From positions 2,367 through 66,366 of the forward strand of contig CAZXEU010000045.1 in NCBI GenBank assembly GCA_964639665.1: a stretch of DNA of 64,000 nt, in the 5' to 3' direction. This DNA is from an uncultured Rhodothermaceae bacterium (GTDB lineage: Bacteria > Bacteroidota > Rhodothermia > Rhodothermales > Bin80). Positions 1 to 9,515 of the stretch are shown in pieces. A program made the position numbers and the translations under genes. Within the stretch, counting starts at the first letter, position 1, and each line of letters begins with the position of its first letter. The notes under the pieces were generated by a model that was not told where the DNA came from, did not search any database, and worked only from the letters and a program-made list of their open reading frames with translations.

Positions 1-523
1 ACGCCCCGGGGGTCAGCAGCGTGAAGTCGAGGAAATTGCGGCCGTTGCTGGGCAGAGCCTCCACTACGACAGCCGACAGACGCTGCGAACTGGTCACATC
101 CTCGCTGTCCAGCTGGATGTCCCGCTCACCGGTAACGGTGATACCCTCAAGCTCCGGCGGCGCGAAGCCCAGCGACAGCAGAAGTGTCTCGCCGACGCGA
201 AGCACCAGGCCTTCCCTGCGATCAACCGTGAGTCCATCGCGCGTGATTGCCGTAACGTCGTAGGTACCAAGAGGCAACAGGGTGCGCGCGAAGGTGCCCT
301 CGGACGTAGTCTGGACCGTCGTGCGAAGGCCGGTCTCGCGGTGCTCCATGACGATTTCGACGCCCTCTACGGGTACGCCCGCCACGCTCAGCACCACGCC
401 CCGCATCGCCCCCGTCGTCGTTTGCGCCCACGAAGATTTCGCGCCGGCAGCCAGAAAAGCCGCCGCCGCGAGCGTCGCAGACAGAAGAGCCGCAGCGACC
501 GCCCATCGCAGCGTAGCGGACAC
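1..523 (-). CDS. TonB-dependent receptor, N-terminal part (signal peptide, carboxypeptidase-regulatory-like domain, start of plug); 3' end lies beyond the window
   Basis: Absent from the ORF track because it is open to the window edge. Manual minus-strand translation from GTG at 523 gives MSATLRWAVAAALLSATLAAAAFLAAGAKSSWAQTTTGAMRGVVLSVAGVPVEGVEIVMEHRETGLRTTVQTTSEGTFARTLLPLGTYDVTAITRDGL...ITVTGERDIQLDSEDVTSSQRLSAVVVEALPSNGRNFLDFTLLTPG. It has a cleavable signal, a CarboxypepD_reg-like sandwich and the SNGRNFLDFxLLxPG plug-entry motif. Confidence 0.75.
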   Translation of the reverse strand, partial: MSATLRWAVAAALLSATLAAAAFLAAGAKSSWAQTTTGAMRGVVLSVAGVPVEGVEIVMEHRETGLRTTVQTTSEGTFARTLLPLGTYDVTAITRDGLTVDRREGLVLRVGETLLLSLGFAPPELEGITVTGERDIQLDSEDVTSSQRLSAVVVEALPSNGRNFLDFTLLTPGA

Positions 524-662
524 GCAAAAGCGGCGCCGGCCCGGATCTGCGGGATGCCAATCCGAACGCGAGCGCCAGGCACCGTGCCTCCCTCCTGCGC
601 TCTGTTTCGGGACCCGGAAATACTCCATGGACCTCGACACAGACTCAGATCGATCGCGCGAA

Positions 663-2384
663 TTACCCGTCCATTCGGTGCACATACAGGAAATAAGCTC
701 CCCTTTCCGAGCCGTCCGCCAGCGTCAGCCAGCTCTGGATGGTGGCCGGACCCGCCTCAAGCTCCGTGGTAAAGACTGCCTTCGTGTCTTCAGGCGCCAC
801 GGACTGCTCGAACGAGAGGGAGTCGATTTGCAGTCTTGCTGACACCGCCTCCAGCGTACTGTCCAGGTGTGCCGGCCAGCGGCGAAGCTCGAAGCTGTAC
901 GTGCCCGGTTGTGTCACATCCACCGCCCAGTGACCGTTGCCCATCATGCCTCCTTCCACCTGGCGGTGATTCCACACGGACTGGCTCTGGTTCGTGACGT
1001 GCCAGTCGTGCGGATTGAGTTGTAAGGGATTCTCCGCATCGGAGCCAATGCCGATGCGAACCACGTCGCCGAAAACGGTGCTGAGGCTCGTCCACCAGCC
1101 CTCATAGGCCGCCCTAAGGCTGTCCACAACCGACGGATGACGATCCGCCAGGTCCAGGCTTTGGCCAGGATCCGCTTCAATGTTGTACAACTCGTCCCTG
1201 TTAACCAGCCGCCAACGCTCGGTCATCACGGCGGACTTGCGCCACTTTATCGGGTCAGGAACACGCTGCGAGTGCACGAAAAGCGTACGCTCGTCCATCC
1301 CGGAGCCGTACATGAGCGGCGCCAGACTAACGCCATCCAGGGGTGCGCCCTCCAGCAGTGACAATCCGGTGAGCTCCACAAGCGTCGGCAGCACATCAAT
1401 GTGCGCGGTAAGCGCATCGATATCTCTCCCTGCGGGTAGCCGGCCGGCCGGCCATCGGATCAGGAAGGGCACGCGGTGGCCGCCATCGTATTCCGATCCC
1501 TTGCCTGCCCGCATGCCTGCATTGAATCCATCCCACGTGCCTTCCTCCCCTCGCCAGTTGGACCAGCCCTCGGCTGAGCCGTTGTCCGTCATGAAAATCA
1601 GGATGGTGTTGTCCCTAAGGCCCAGCTCGTCCATCCTAGAAACGAGGCGTCCCATGTTGTCATCGATATTGGTAACCATGCCGAGAAAGCGGGCCATGAT
1701 GTCGCTGACTCCTCGTTCCCGGTACGGTGCCGCGTAGCGCTCCTCCACGAAATACGGTCCGTGGGGCGCGTTCGTGGCCAGGTACAGGAAGAACGGTGCC
1801 TCCCGGTGTCGCTCAATAAAGGCGACGGCATCGTCAAACCAGACATCCGTCACGTAGCCCGATGCTTGTTCCGGCTCGCCGTTTCTGAGATAGACATCAT
1901 CGAAGTAGTCGTTGCCAAAGTAATCCGGTCCCTGCCCCACGCCCCCCGCCGGGTGATAGAAGGCCTCCTCAAAACCTTGGTCCTGGGGCCGAAGCGGATA
2001 ATTGTCACCCAGGTGCCATTTGCCCACCATCCCCGTGCGATAGCCAGCATCGCGAAATACCTCGGCCAGCGTGATTTCTTCCGGATTCATGAGCGAGCGG
2101 CCCATGATGGTGTGCCACACGCCGGTGCGCGTCGAATAGCGCCCGGAAAGCAGCGCCGAGCGCGTCGGCGAACACGTGGGGTCCACGTGAAAGTCCGTAA
2201 GGCGCACGCTCTCCGCATGCAGCCTGTCGAGCACGGGCGTGCTGATCATGGGATTGCCGTGCGCGGCAATATCTCCGTAGCCCTGGTCATCGGTAATGAC
2301 CAGAATTACATTCGGCGGCACCGGCTGCGCGCAGGAGGAGATGAGCAGCAGCACGAGGCAAATGGCGGGGGCGTTGTACGTCAT
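663..2384 (-). CDS. Cys-type sulfatase (arylsulfatase A family), lipoprotein
   Basis: ORF 663..2510 trimmed to ATG at 2384 (MTYNAPAICLVLLLISSCAQP, lipobox). Sulfatase signature: VILVITDDQGYGD...CSPTRSALLSGRY (C-x-P-x-R). The start lies 4 nt after the stop of the upstream gene. Confidence 0.9.
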   Translation of the reverse strand: MTYNAPAICLVLLLISSCAQPVPPNVILVITDDQGYGDIAAHGNPMISTPVLDRLHAESVRLTDFHVDPTCSPTRSALLSGRYSTRTGVWHTIMGRSLMNPEEITLAEVFRDAGYRTGMVGKWHLGDNYPLRPQDQGFEEAFYHPAGGVGQGPDYFGNDYFDDVYLRNGEPEQASGYVTDVWFDDAVAFIERHREAPFFLYLATNAPHGPYFVEERYAAPYRERGVSDIMARFLGMVTNIDDNMGRLVSRMDELGLRDNTILIFMTDNGSAEGWSNWRGEEGTWDGFNAGMRAGKGSEYDGGHRVPFLIRWPAGRLPAGRDIDALTAHIDVLPTLVELTGLSLLEGAPLDGVSLAPLMYGSGMDERTLFVHSQRVPDPIKWRKSAVMTERWRLVNRDELYNIEADPGQSLDLADRHPSVVDSLRAAYEGWWTSLSTVFGDVVRIGIGSDAENPLQLNPHDWHVTNQSQSVWNHRQVEGGMMGNGHWAVDVTQPGTYSFELRRWPAHLDSTLEAVSARLQIDSLSFEQSVAPEDTKAVFTTELEAGPATIQSWLTLADGSERGAYFLYVHRMDG

Positions 2385-2388
2385 GACG

Positions 2389-5300
2389 TTACAGGTCGGC
2401 AAGTTCGGCCGCCGTATAGAAACCTTCGCGCCCTGCCGTAGCTTCCCTGACTGCCGCCACTTCGTCCGGCGTGACGACGGATGCGTCGTTGCCGAAGGCA
2501 TTGCGCACATAGGTCAGGACTGCGGCCATCTCTTCGTCGGTGAGCAGGTTTCTGAATGGCGTCATGGGCACGAGCCCTGGGTATTCCTGCTCCAGAACCG
2601 TGTGTGGCCCAACGAGTCCATCCAGCGTCAGGCGTATGAGCCGCTCTTTGGGTCCCAGCGTCCAGTCCGTATGCGCGAGCGGCGGAAACCCGGCGGCGGG
2701 CAGTCCTGCACCGTCCGATCCGTGGCATGTTGCACAGTAGCCGTCACGGCGGTAGATCTCCCTGCCACTTACGTACTGGTCAAGTGCCGCTCCTTCGAGC
2801 GCAGGGACTTCCTCACTGCTTCCGGACTGCACTCCCTCGCCGTTCAGGTGCGAGAGCGCCGTGACGGCCACATTTGCCAACCACTTGTCCAGCGGCTGAT
2901 TCATGGCTTCCGTCACAATCGGAACACCTTCTTCCCACGTCAGCCAGGACGCCGCAACCAAGGCCTCCAGGCGCACCCTGCCGTGCGGATCCCGCGCGGC
3001 CGCAAACATCAGACTCTGCTGGTCCGCGACTTGGTGCCCCATGTAGCGGAGCACGCGTACGGCAGCCGCCCGGACGCGATAGTCACGGGCCTGCAGCAGC
3101 TGGCGCAAGAGCGCGTCATCCACCCTGTTGTGACCCCAGCTTACCCAGAGTGCCTCAAGAAGCTGGTGCTCATAGCCGTCATCAGCCGGATCAAGCGACG
3201 CTGTCCAGCGCGTCAGGAAGGACAGGACTTCGTCCGCATCGCGGCCTCGCAATTCCCGGCGGGTCCGGTACCGCGTCCGGTACTCCGGAAGCTTCAGGTT
3301 GTCGAAGAGCTGCTCAACGGAGGCCCCGGCCACAGGTGCCGGCTCCACCAGGGGGCGTGAAGGATAGGTAACGCGGTAGATACGCCCGTGCGAGTGGTCC
3401 CGCAGGGGATCACGGGCATTGTGCTGCATGTGCCCGATCAGAATGTTGTGCCAGTCCACAAAGTAGAGCGAGCCGTCCGGCGCGAACTCCATGTCGACAG
3501 GCCGAAAATTGCCATCGGCGCCCTGTACCAGGTCCTGCCGGTGGCGGCTCACATAGCCCGTCCCGTCGTCGTCCAGGACATGTTGTTTCATGCCCAGAAA
3601 TCCGATCGTGTTGTTGACGAGCAGATCGCCTTGCGCTTCATCCGGAAAATGGCGGCTTGAGACAAACTCCAGCCCGGCAGTCGGCCGGACGCGATGGGCA
3701 TCCTCGATCAGGTTATAGGACTTGTGTGTGGCAAAGCCGTAGCGCGGCTTTATGGTGCCGGGCGTCATCCACCGGACATCCGGCCCGGATGTCTCGGCAA
3801 AGAAGACCTGCCCCCAGTCATCGAATGCGATGCCCCACGGATTTGGAATCGCAAGCTGGGCCGTCCGCTCCAGATGCCGCCGCTGCGGATTGTAGCGATA
3901 GAAGCCCCCGTTGGTGCCGCGCACGGGGCCGTAGGAAGTCTCGACATTGGAGTGCAGAAACACGCCTTCCCCCATGTAGATGGCACCGGAGGGATCCGTA
4001 GTGAAGGCGCTGATTACATGATGGGTGTCGTGGTCATCAAAGCCGCTAAGCACGATCTGCCGCGTATCGGCCCGGTCGTCGCCGTCCGTATCAGAGAGCA
4101 GCACGAGATTCGTGCCCTGGCTTACGTATACGCCCTCCGGGGCAAATTCAAAGCCCATCGGTAGATGAAGGCTGTCGGCCCACGTGATATGCCGGTCGGC
4201 CCGGCCATCGCCGTCCGTGTCTTCCAGGATGATAAGCTTGTCATTGGGATGCGCATCTCCCGGACGGTAGTGCGGGTAACTTGGCGCGGTTGATACCCAT
4301 AGTCGGCCGCGATTGTCGAAGGACATCTGGACCGGATTGGCCAGCTCCTCGATTTCCTGCTCGGAAGCGAAGAGCTCTATGCGGTAGCCGGGCGCTGCCG
4401 TCAGGCTGCCAACGGCCTCATTTCCGTAAAGGTACCGCAGGTCTGCATTCTCCTGGCCGGGCTGGTAGTTGGTCTCCACGGCCGGAAGCGCCTGGGTTCT
4501 CGTGTCGGCCTCTGCAAGATCATAGGTCTCTGCGCGCGCCGCCATCCATATGGCGGTGTCGCGCGCGGCCGTCATCTGCCTGATCTTCGCCAATTCTGCC
4601 GGATAGTTGTCCGGACCGAACGGATTGTACCTGCGGCCAAATACGTGCACGCCGTTGGGAATCTTGAAATCGTTGTGCCAGAGCCAGTTCTTTTCCATCA
4701 CGGCGACATGCACAGCCGCCCGAAGGGATGCGGCCACAGGCTCGGCAGGGCCGAAGATCTCGTCTGCAAGAAACGGCGCAAGCCGCCCGTAGCCTGCATC
4801 GGTCAGCTGCGAGCCGTCGATGGTAAGCGGCACTGCGGCAGCGCGCTGCCACCTGCGACTTGCCGAGTACGCGTCCACAAATAGCACGCCTGAGCGATCC
4901 GCGACGCGCTGCATCGCTTCCGCGTACAGCGCCAGCCTGGCATTTTCCCGCTTGCCGTCCGGCAGATCATGCCGGTCTGACAGGTCTTCAAAGGCAATGG
5001 GAGATACCAGAGCCAGCCGGGGCGCAACGCGTCCGTTGTAGCGCTGCGAAAGCGTGTGCCGGACAAAGGCCTCAAGCTCCTCTTCATAGCGCTGAATAGC
5101 CTCCTCGCCGCGGAACGATTCACTGTAGCCAAAGAAGGCGATGATGATATCGGCACCGAGCCGTGTCAGCCATTCGTCCGGCGTTTCGAAATGTCCCCGG
5201 CTTCCCGACGGCTGCGCCAGCTCCGTGTAAAAGGTGTCGGCTCCGGGAAAGGCCCACGGCGATTCCCGCCCCGGATGTGGCCGAAAGCCCGGCGTATTGC

Positions 5301-5550
5301 CCCCGTCGCCCATGTTCCGGATGAATAGCAGACTGTCCGGGTATCGCACATGGAGTTCCGCTTCAAAATGCCCGAAATTCATCATGCGCGAGGCCAGATT
5401 GTTGCCTATAAGCACGATGTGATCTCCGGCTTCGAGAGGCAGAGGCGGCGCGGCATCACGCGTGCAACGCAGCGACAGAGGAAGCAGGAGCGCGAGCGCA
5501 ACAGCCGCGCTCGGAAACGACACCTTTGGTTGGCAGCAACTATTTTTCAC
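2389..5550 (-). CDS. Large secreted multidomain protein: SGNH/GDSL-like hydrolase, glucose/sorbosone-dehydrogenase-type beta-propeller, HEAT repeats and a C-terminal c-type cytochrome (PVC-type heme-binding CxxCH family)
   Basis: ORF 2389..5601 opens with TTG. GTG at 5550 gives MKNSCCQPKVSFPSAAVALALLLPLSL, a signal-like N-terminus. Motifs: HIVLIGNNLASRM near the N-terminus, DTDGDGRAD propeller repeats, and C-terminal CATCHGSDGAG heme-binding site. The start is uncertain by tens of nt. Confidence 0.85.
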   Translation of the reverse strand: MKNSCCQPKVSFPSAAVALALLLPLSLRCTRDAAPPLPLEAGDHIVLIGNNLASRMMNFGHFEAELHVRYPDSLLFIRNMGDGGNTPGFRPHPGRESPWAFPGADTFYTELAQPSGSRGHFETPDEWLTRLGADIIIAFFGYSESFRGEEAIQRYEEELEAFVRHTLSQRYNGRVAPRLALVSPIAFEDLSDRHDLPDGKRENARLALYAEAMQRVADRSGVLFVDAYSASRRWQRAAAVPLTIDGSQLTDAGYGRLAPFLADEIFGPAEPVAASLRAAVHVAVMEKNWLWHNDFKIPNGVHVFGRRYNPFGPDNYPAELAKIRQMTAARDTAIWMAARAETYDLAEADTRTQALPAVETNYQPGQENADLRYLYGNEAVGSLTAAPGYRIELFASEQEIEELANPVQMSFDNRGRLWVSTAPSYPHYRPGDAHPNDKLIILEDTDGDGRADRHITWADSLHLPMGFEFAPEGVYVSQGTNLVLLSDTDGDDRADTRQIVLSGFDDHDTHHVISAFTTDPSGAIYMGEGVFLHSNVETSYGPVRGTNGGFYRYNPQRRHLERTAQLAIPNPWGIAFDDWGQVFFAETSGPDVRWMTPGTIKPRYGFATHKSYNLIEDAHRVRPTAGLEFVSSRHFPDEAQGDLLVNNTIGFLGMKQHVLDDDGTGYVSRHRQDLVQGADGNFRPVDMEFAPDGSLYFVDWHNILIGHMQHNARDPLRDHSHGRIYRVTYPSRPLVEPAPVAGASVEQLFDNLKLPEYRTRYRTRRELRGRDADEVLSFLTRWTASLDPADDGYEHQLLEALWVSWGHNRVDDALLRQLLQARDYRVRAAAVRVLRYMGHQVADQQSLMFAAARDPHGRVRLEALVAASWLTWEEGVPIVTEAMNQPLDKWLANVAVTALSHLNGEGVQSGSSEEVPALEGAALDQYVSGREIYRRDGYCATCHGSDGAGLPAAGFPPLAHTDWTLGPKERLIRLTLDGLVGPHTVLEQEYPGLVPMTPFRNLLTDEEMAAVLTYVRNAFGNDASVVTPDEVAAVREATAGREGFYTAAELADL

Positions 5551-5678
5551 GGTCGAACAGGCGTTTGGAACGGACCTAAACGTACGCCGAAGCGCCGCCA
5601 AAAACTAGCACCCTTGCGCGGCTTCCGCACAGCGCCTGTTTTCGCCCCTGGTACTTTTCGTAATCTAACCCTCGATCC

Positions 5679-7037
5679 GTGCTGCTAAACAGACGCTCCT
5701 TCCTTCACGGCCTGAGTCTGGGGCTTGCGGGCGCTGCCAGCGCCGGCCGGCGCGCCAGTCCAAACTTTGTCATTTACGTCGTCGACGATCTGGGGTCCAC
5801 GGACGCAGGTTGCTACGGTAATCCGGTTATCCGGACGCCCGGACTGGACATGCTCGCGGAAAGCGGTACGCGATTTACGCACGCGTTTTGCACCACCGCT
5901 TCCTGCAGCGCGAGCCGGTCGGTCCTTCTGAGCGGTCAGCACAACCATGCTACCGGGCAGTATGGGCACATGCACAGCTTTCACCACTTCATCTCCTTTG
6001 CGGACCTGAAGACGCTGCCCGTACTGCTCGGCGAAGCCGGATACCACACGGTGCGTGCCGGGAAGTACCACGTCGCGCCGGAGTCCGTATACAGATTCAT
6101 TGAGCAGGTGCCTGCGGAAGGCGCATCTCCGTCCGAAATGGCTGAACGCTGCGGCAGCATCTTCCAACGCCGCGACAGCAGCAAGCCCTTTCTTCTCTAC
6201 TTCTGCACGACCGAACCTCACAGGCCGTTCCGGCGCGGCGGAAGCGATCCCGTTTCTGCCGACGACGTCATAGTGCCGCCATATCTGCCGGATATTGCCG
6301 AATGCAGGGAGGAGCTCGCTCTGTATTACATGTCCGTCCAGCGTGCGGACGCAGGCCTGCTTAGGCTGCTGGAGCTACTACGGGAATCAGGTCGATGGGA
6401 CGACACCGTGGTGGTGTTTGTCTCCGACAACGGCATCGCATTCCCGGGCGCCAAGACCACGCTTTACGAACCGGGTATGCGGTTACCGCTGGTGATGCGC
6501 ATCCCGGGACTGCCGGAAGGCCGCATTTGCGATGCCATGGTCTCGTGGGCGGATCTTGCGCCAACGCTTTTGGACCTGGCTGGCATACCGATTGACGCCG
6601 CCGCATTTCATGGGCGATCGTTCCGCCAGGCCATGCTTGAGGACAATCCCCGGGACTGGGACGAGGTCTTCGCATCGCACACGTTTCACGAGATCACCAT
6701 GTACTATCCCATGCGCGTGGTCCGTGATCGCAGATACAAGCTCATATGGAATATCGCTCACGGGCTGTCTTATCCCTTCGCGTCGGACTTGTGGGCCTCC
6801 CGGACCTGGCGCGCTGTCATCGATCAGGGCCTGGAAACGTACGGCCAGCGCTCCGTGGCAAGTTACCTGCACAGGCCGCCCTTCGAACTCTATGACCTGG
6901 AGGCGGACGAGCATGAAGTGCACAACCTGGCCGTCGACCCTGGCCATGAGAGCCTGCTTGAAGCCATGAAGGAGAGGCTTCGAGCCCATCAGGAACGCAC
7001 ATCGGATCCCTGGATAGTGAAATGGTCTTATGAATAG
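5679..7037 (+). CDS. Sulfatase (N-sulfoglucosamine sulfohydrolase-like) with Tat-type signal
   Basis: GTG start. N-terminus MLLNRRSFLHGLSLGLAGAASAG has a twin-arginine motif. FVIYVVDDLGSTDAGCYG...CTTASCSASRSVLLSGQ carries the C-x-A-x-R variant of the sulfatase signature. Confidence 0.88.
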   Translation: MLLNRRSFLHGLSLGLAGAASAGRRASPNFVIYVVDDLGSTDAGCYGNPVIRTPGLDMLAESGTRFTHAFCTTASCSASRSVLLSGQHNHATGQYGHMHSFHHFISFADLKTLPVLLGEAGYHTVRAGKYHVAPESVYRFIEQVPAEGASPSEMAERCGSIFQRRDSSKPFLLYFCTTEPHRPFRRGGSDPVSADDVIVPPYLPDIAECREELALYYMSVQRADAGLLRLLELLRESGRWDDTVVVFVSDNGIAFPGAKTTLYEPGMRLPLVMRIPGLPEGRICDAMVSWADLAPTLLDLAGIPIDAAAFHGRSFRQAMLEDNPRDWDEVFASHTFHEITMYYPMRVVRDRRYKLIWNIAHGLSYPFASDLWASRTWRAVIDQGLETYGQRSVASYLHRPPFELYDLEADEHEVHNLAVDPGHESLLEAMKERLRAHQERTSDPWIVKWSYE

Positions 7038-7046
7038 GTGTACACA

Positions 7047-8537
7047 ATGAACATGGCTCGCTTTACGACTATTGCCACGCTTTGCCTGGTTATGCTGGCC
7101 GGCTGCCAGGAAAGTGCGGAGCCAGCGCAGGACACTCCGCCACCTCGTCCCAACATCCTCTGGATAGTCGGCGAGAACCTGAAGCTGGACCTCGGCATCT
7201 ACGGCGCACCAAACGTGCACACACCGCACCTGGACTCCCTGGCGCGCGATGGGCTGCGGTTTACGCGAGTCTTCGCCACCTCGCCCGTATGCGCGCCGAG
7301 CCGATCGGCATTCATGACCGGCATGTACCAGACATCCACGGATACGCACAACATGCGCTCGCACCGTGACGATGATTTCCGTCTGCCGGCAGGCGTACGC
7401 CCGCTTACGCACTGGTTGCAGGACGCAGGCTACTTCACGGCCAATATCACCCACATTGGAGAACGCGAAGTGGGCACGGGAAAGCTGGATCTGAATTTTG
7501 TCAACGAAGGGCCGATCTATCAGTCGGATGACTGGGAGGAGCTTCGGCACCGGCAACCGTTTTTTGCCCAGATCAACACGCCCGAGGTCGAATACGACAT
7601 TTATGACCGGCAATCTGCCGAAAAGCCGCGCGTGAAGTGGGTCGGCGAGGACTGGCACCCGCAGGTGGCGACGGCGGAAAACGTTACGCCGCCGCCCTAT
7701 TACCCCGACCACGAAATCACCCGGCAGGAATGGGCGCGCTACCTCAATTCCGTATCCGGCATGGACGTGCGCATAGGCTGGATTATGGATCGGCTGCTCG
7801 CCGACGGGCTTGCGGACAACACCATAGTGGTCTTCTTCTCGGACAACGGCCGCCTTGAGGCACGGGGCATTCACTGGGCCTGGGACACCGGACTGCACGT
7901 TCCCATGATCATCCACTGGCCGACCAATTTCGAAGCTCCGCCGCAATACCAGCCGGGCGGCGTCAACGAGGAGGTGATCAGCCTCCTGGACCTTACGGCC
8001 ACTACGCTCTGGATGGCGGGCATAGAGCGCCCGCCGCTGATGCAGAGCCGGCGGTTTCTGGGACCGGATGCAGACCCGGCCCGGACGTATGCTTTCAGCG
8101 CCCGCGACAGGATCGATGAAACGGTGCTGCGCATTCGCTCCGTGCGCGGCGCGAGATTTCATTACCTCCGCAATGTCGAGGCGCAGCAGGGCTTCCCGAC
8201 GCTCAACCGGTACAAGGAGAAGTGCTTCCTGGTCAAGCCGCTGATGCGCACGCTGCACCAGGAAGGGCGCCTCACGGGTGCTGCATTGCAGCTCATGCAG
8301 CCCCTGCCCTACGAGGAGCTCTACGACACGGAGGCGGATCCGCACGAGATCAACAATCTGGCTGGCAGCGCAGAGCACCAGGGCATCCTGCAGCAATACC
8401 GCGCCGCGCTGGATACGTGGATTGCGGAAACGGGCGACCTGGGCGCCTGGCCGGAACCGGCCGAGATCGTGGAGCCGTTCGTCGCCGAAATGCATGACTG
8501 GTTCGGAACGCCGGACTGGCACTCCGGACCGCGCTAG
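7047..8537 (+). CDS. Cys-type sulfatase, lipoprotein
   Basis: ORF 7038..8537 (GTG abutting the previous stop) trimmed to ATG at 7047 (MNMARFTTIATLCLVMLAGCQES). Signature: NILWIVGENL...SPVCAPSRSAFMTGMY. Confidence 0.88.
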   Translation: MNMARFTTIATLCLVMLAGCQESAEPAQDTPPPRPNILWIVGENLKLDLGIYGAPNVHTPHLDSLARDGLRFTRVFATSPVCAPSRSAFMTGMYQTSTDTHNMRSHRDDDFRLPAGVRPLTHWLQDAGYFTANITHIGEREVGTGKLDLNFVNEGPIYQSDDWEELRHRQPFFAQINTPEVEYDIYDRQSAEKPRVKWVGEDWHPQVATAENVTPPPYYPDHEITRQEWARYLNSVSGMDVRIGWIMDRLLADGLADNTIVVFFSDNGRLEARGIHWAWDTGLHVPMIIHWPTNFEAPPQYQPGGVNEEVISLLDLTATTLWMAGIERPPLMQSRRFLGPDADPARTYAFSARDRIDETVLRIRSVRGARFHYLRNVEAQQGFPTLNRYKEKCFLVKPLMRTLHQEGRLTGAALQLMQPLPYEELYDTEADPHEINNLAGSAEHQGILQQYRAALDTWIAETGDLGAWPEPAEIVEPFVAEMHDWFGTPDWHSGPR

Positions 8538-8643
8538 TGGCGCTGGGCTCGGCGCTCGCTTGCGGGAATGCCGGCGCGAATGGTTGCCGGACCAGAATGC
8601 AAACACTACCTTGCCAAGCGCAACATTCCGGCAGCAATTCACT

Positions 8644-9498
8644 ATGAAACCGAGGGCTATGCATAGACTCGTGCCTATTCTGTTGCTGCTCGCAGGACCC
8701 GCCGCCCTTGCGCAAGACGCGCCGCGCCCAACCGAATCGGTGAAGCTGCTTGTGCCCTACCTTGAGCACGCGCCCGAGATCGACGGCTTGCTTTCCGAAT
8801 GGAAGGACTTTGCATTCACCGACGGGGTGTGGGACATATACCGGCTTCGGCAAACGTTCTGGTACGACGACGGACGCCGCAACAGGCTGACCGATCACGG
8901 AGGTGAAGGGCATCCGGAGACAGATCTGAGTGCCAGGTACTACATCGCCTGGGACGAGGACTACCTGTACCTGGGCGCCGAAGTGCGCGACAATGTCAAC
9001 GATGTCGAGGATGCAAACCACGAGCCGAGGAGCTGGTACGCGAAGGACAGCATCTGCTGGTTCATCGAGGCGCCCCGGGACGAGGCCCCGGAGTACTTCG
9101 GCCGCGGCGACAACGCGTTCTGCTTCGTTGCCGACAGCTCGATGCCGGACTACGGGGCGTGGTGGCGCCACGGCAGTCCAGAGGCATCCTACCTGGAGGA
9201 GCCGATTCCGGCTGATGCAGTCGATTATGCCCTGAACTTCGATCCCTGGGGCACGGGAAGCGCGGACTACATTCTGGAGGCGCGCGTACGGATGGCTCCG
9301 ACACTGGGCATAAGTGATCCGCGCTGGCAGCCGCCGGTAGTCGGTGACCTCTACGGAATGGAAATCGTGCACTGCGATCCTGATGGAGGCCGCTATGGAG
9401 GCCACTTCATGATCTATGGCACAGGGGATGACGATGCGACGTGGGCGCGTATGGTGCTGTCGGGACCCCAGCAGCCGATTGAGCGAAGGGCACAGTAG
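8644..9498 (+). CDS. Secreted carbohydrate-binding (CBM9-like / DOMON-like) domain protein
   Basis: ORF 8278..9498 trimmed to in-frame ATG at 8644 (MKPRAMHRLVPILLLLAGPAALAQ signal). PEIDGLLSEWKDF...YYIAWDEDYLYLGAEVRDNVNDV resembles CBM family 9-like modules. The family call is from memory. Confidence 0.55.
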   Translation: MKPRAMHRLVPILLLLAGPAALAQDAPRPTESVKLLVPYLEHAPEIDGLLSEWKDFAFTDGVWDIYRLRQTFWYDDGRRNRLTDHGGEGHPETDLSARYYIAWDEDYLYLGAEVRDNVNDVEDANHEPRSWYAKDSICWFIEAPRDEAPEYFGRGDNAFCFVADSSMPDYGAWWRHGSPEASYLEEPIPADAVDYALNFDPWGTGSADYILEARVRMAPTLGISDPRWQPPVVGDLYGMEIVHCDPDGGRYGGHFMIYGTGDDDATWARMVLSGPQQPIERRAQ

Positions 9499-9515
9499 AC
9501 GGAAGCAGCCGGGCC

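Noticed and set aside
6483-8642. 719-aa minus-strand ORF overlapping two sulfatase genes
   Set aside because: It is antisense to two genes with clear sulfatase signatures. Its composition is Arg/Val/His/Gly-rich with no motifs, the typical shadow ORF of high-GC DNA.
8278-8643. N-terminal 122-codon extension of the CBM9-like ORF, overlapping the sulfatase 3' end
   Set aside because: The extension is Arg/Ser/Thr-rich and overlaps the end of the upstream sulfatase. The in-frame ATG at 8644 is followed by a textbook signal peptide. Similar long upstream extensions were trimmed for 14144, 15285, 34396, 38645..40123, 45565..48660, 51529 and others.
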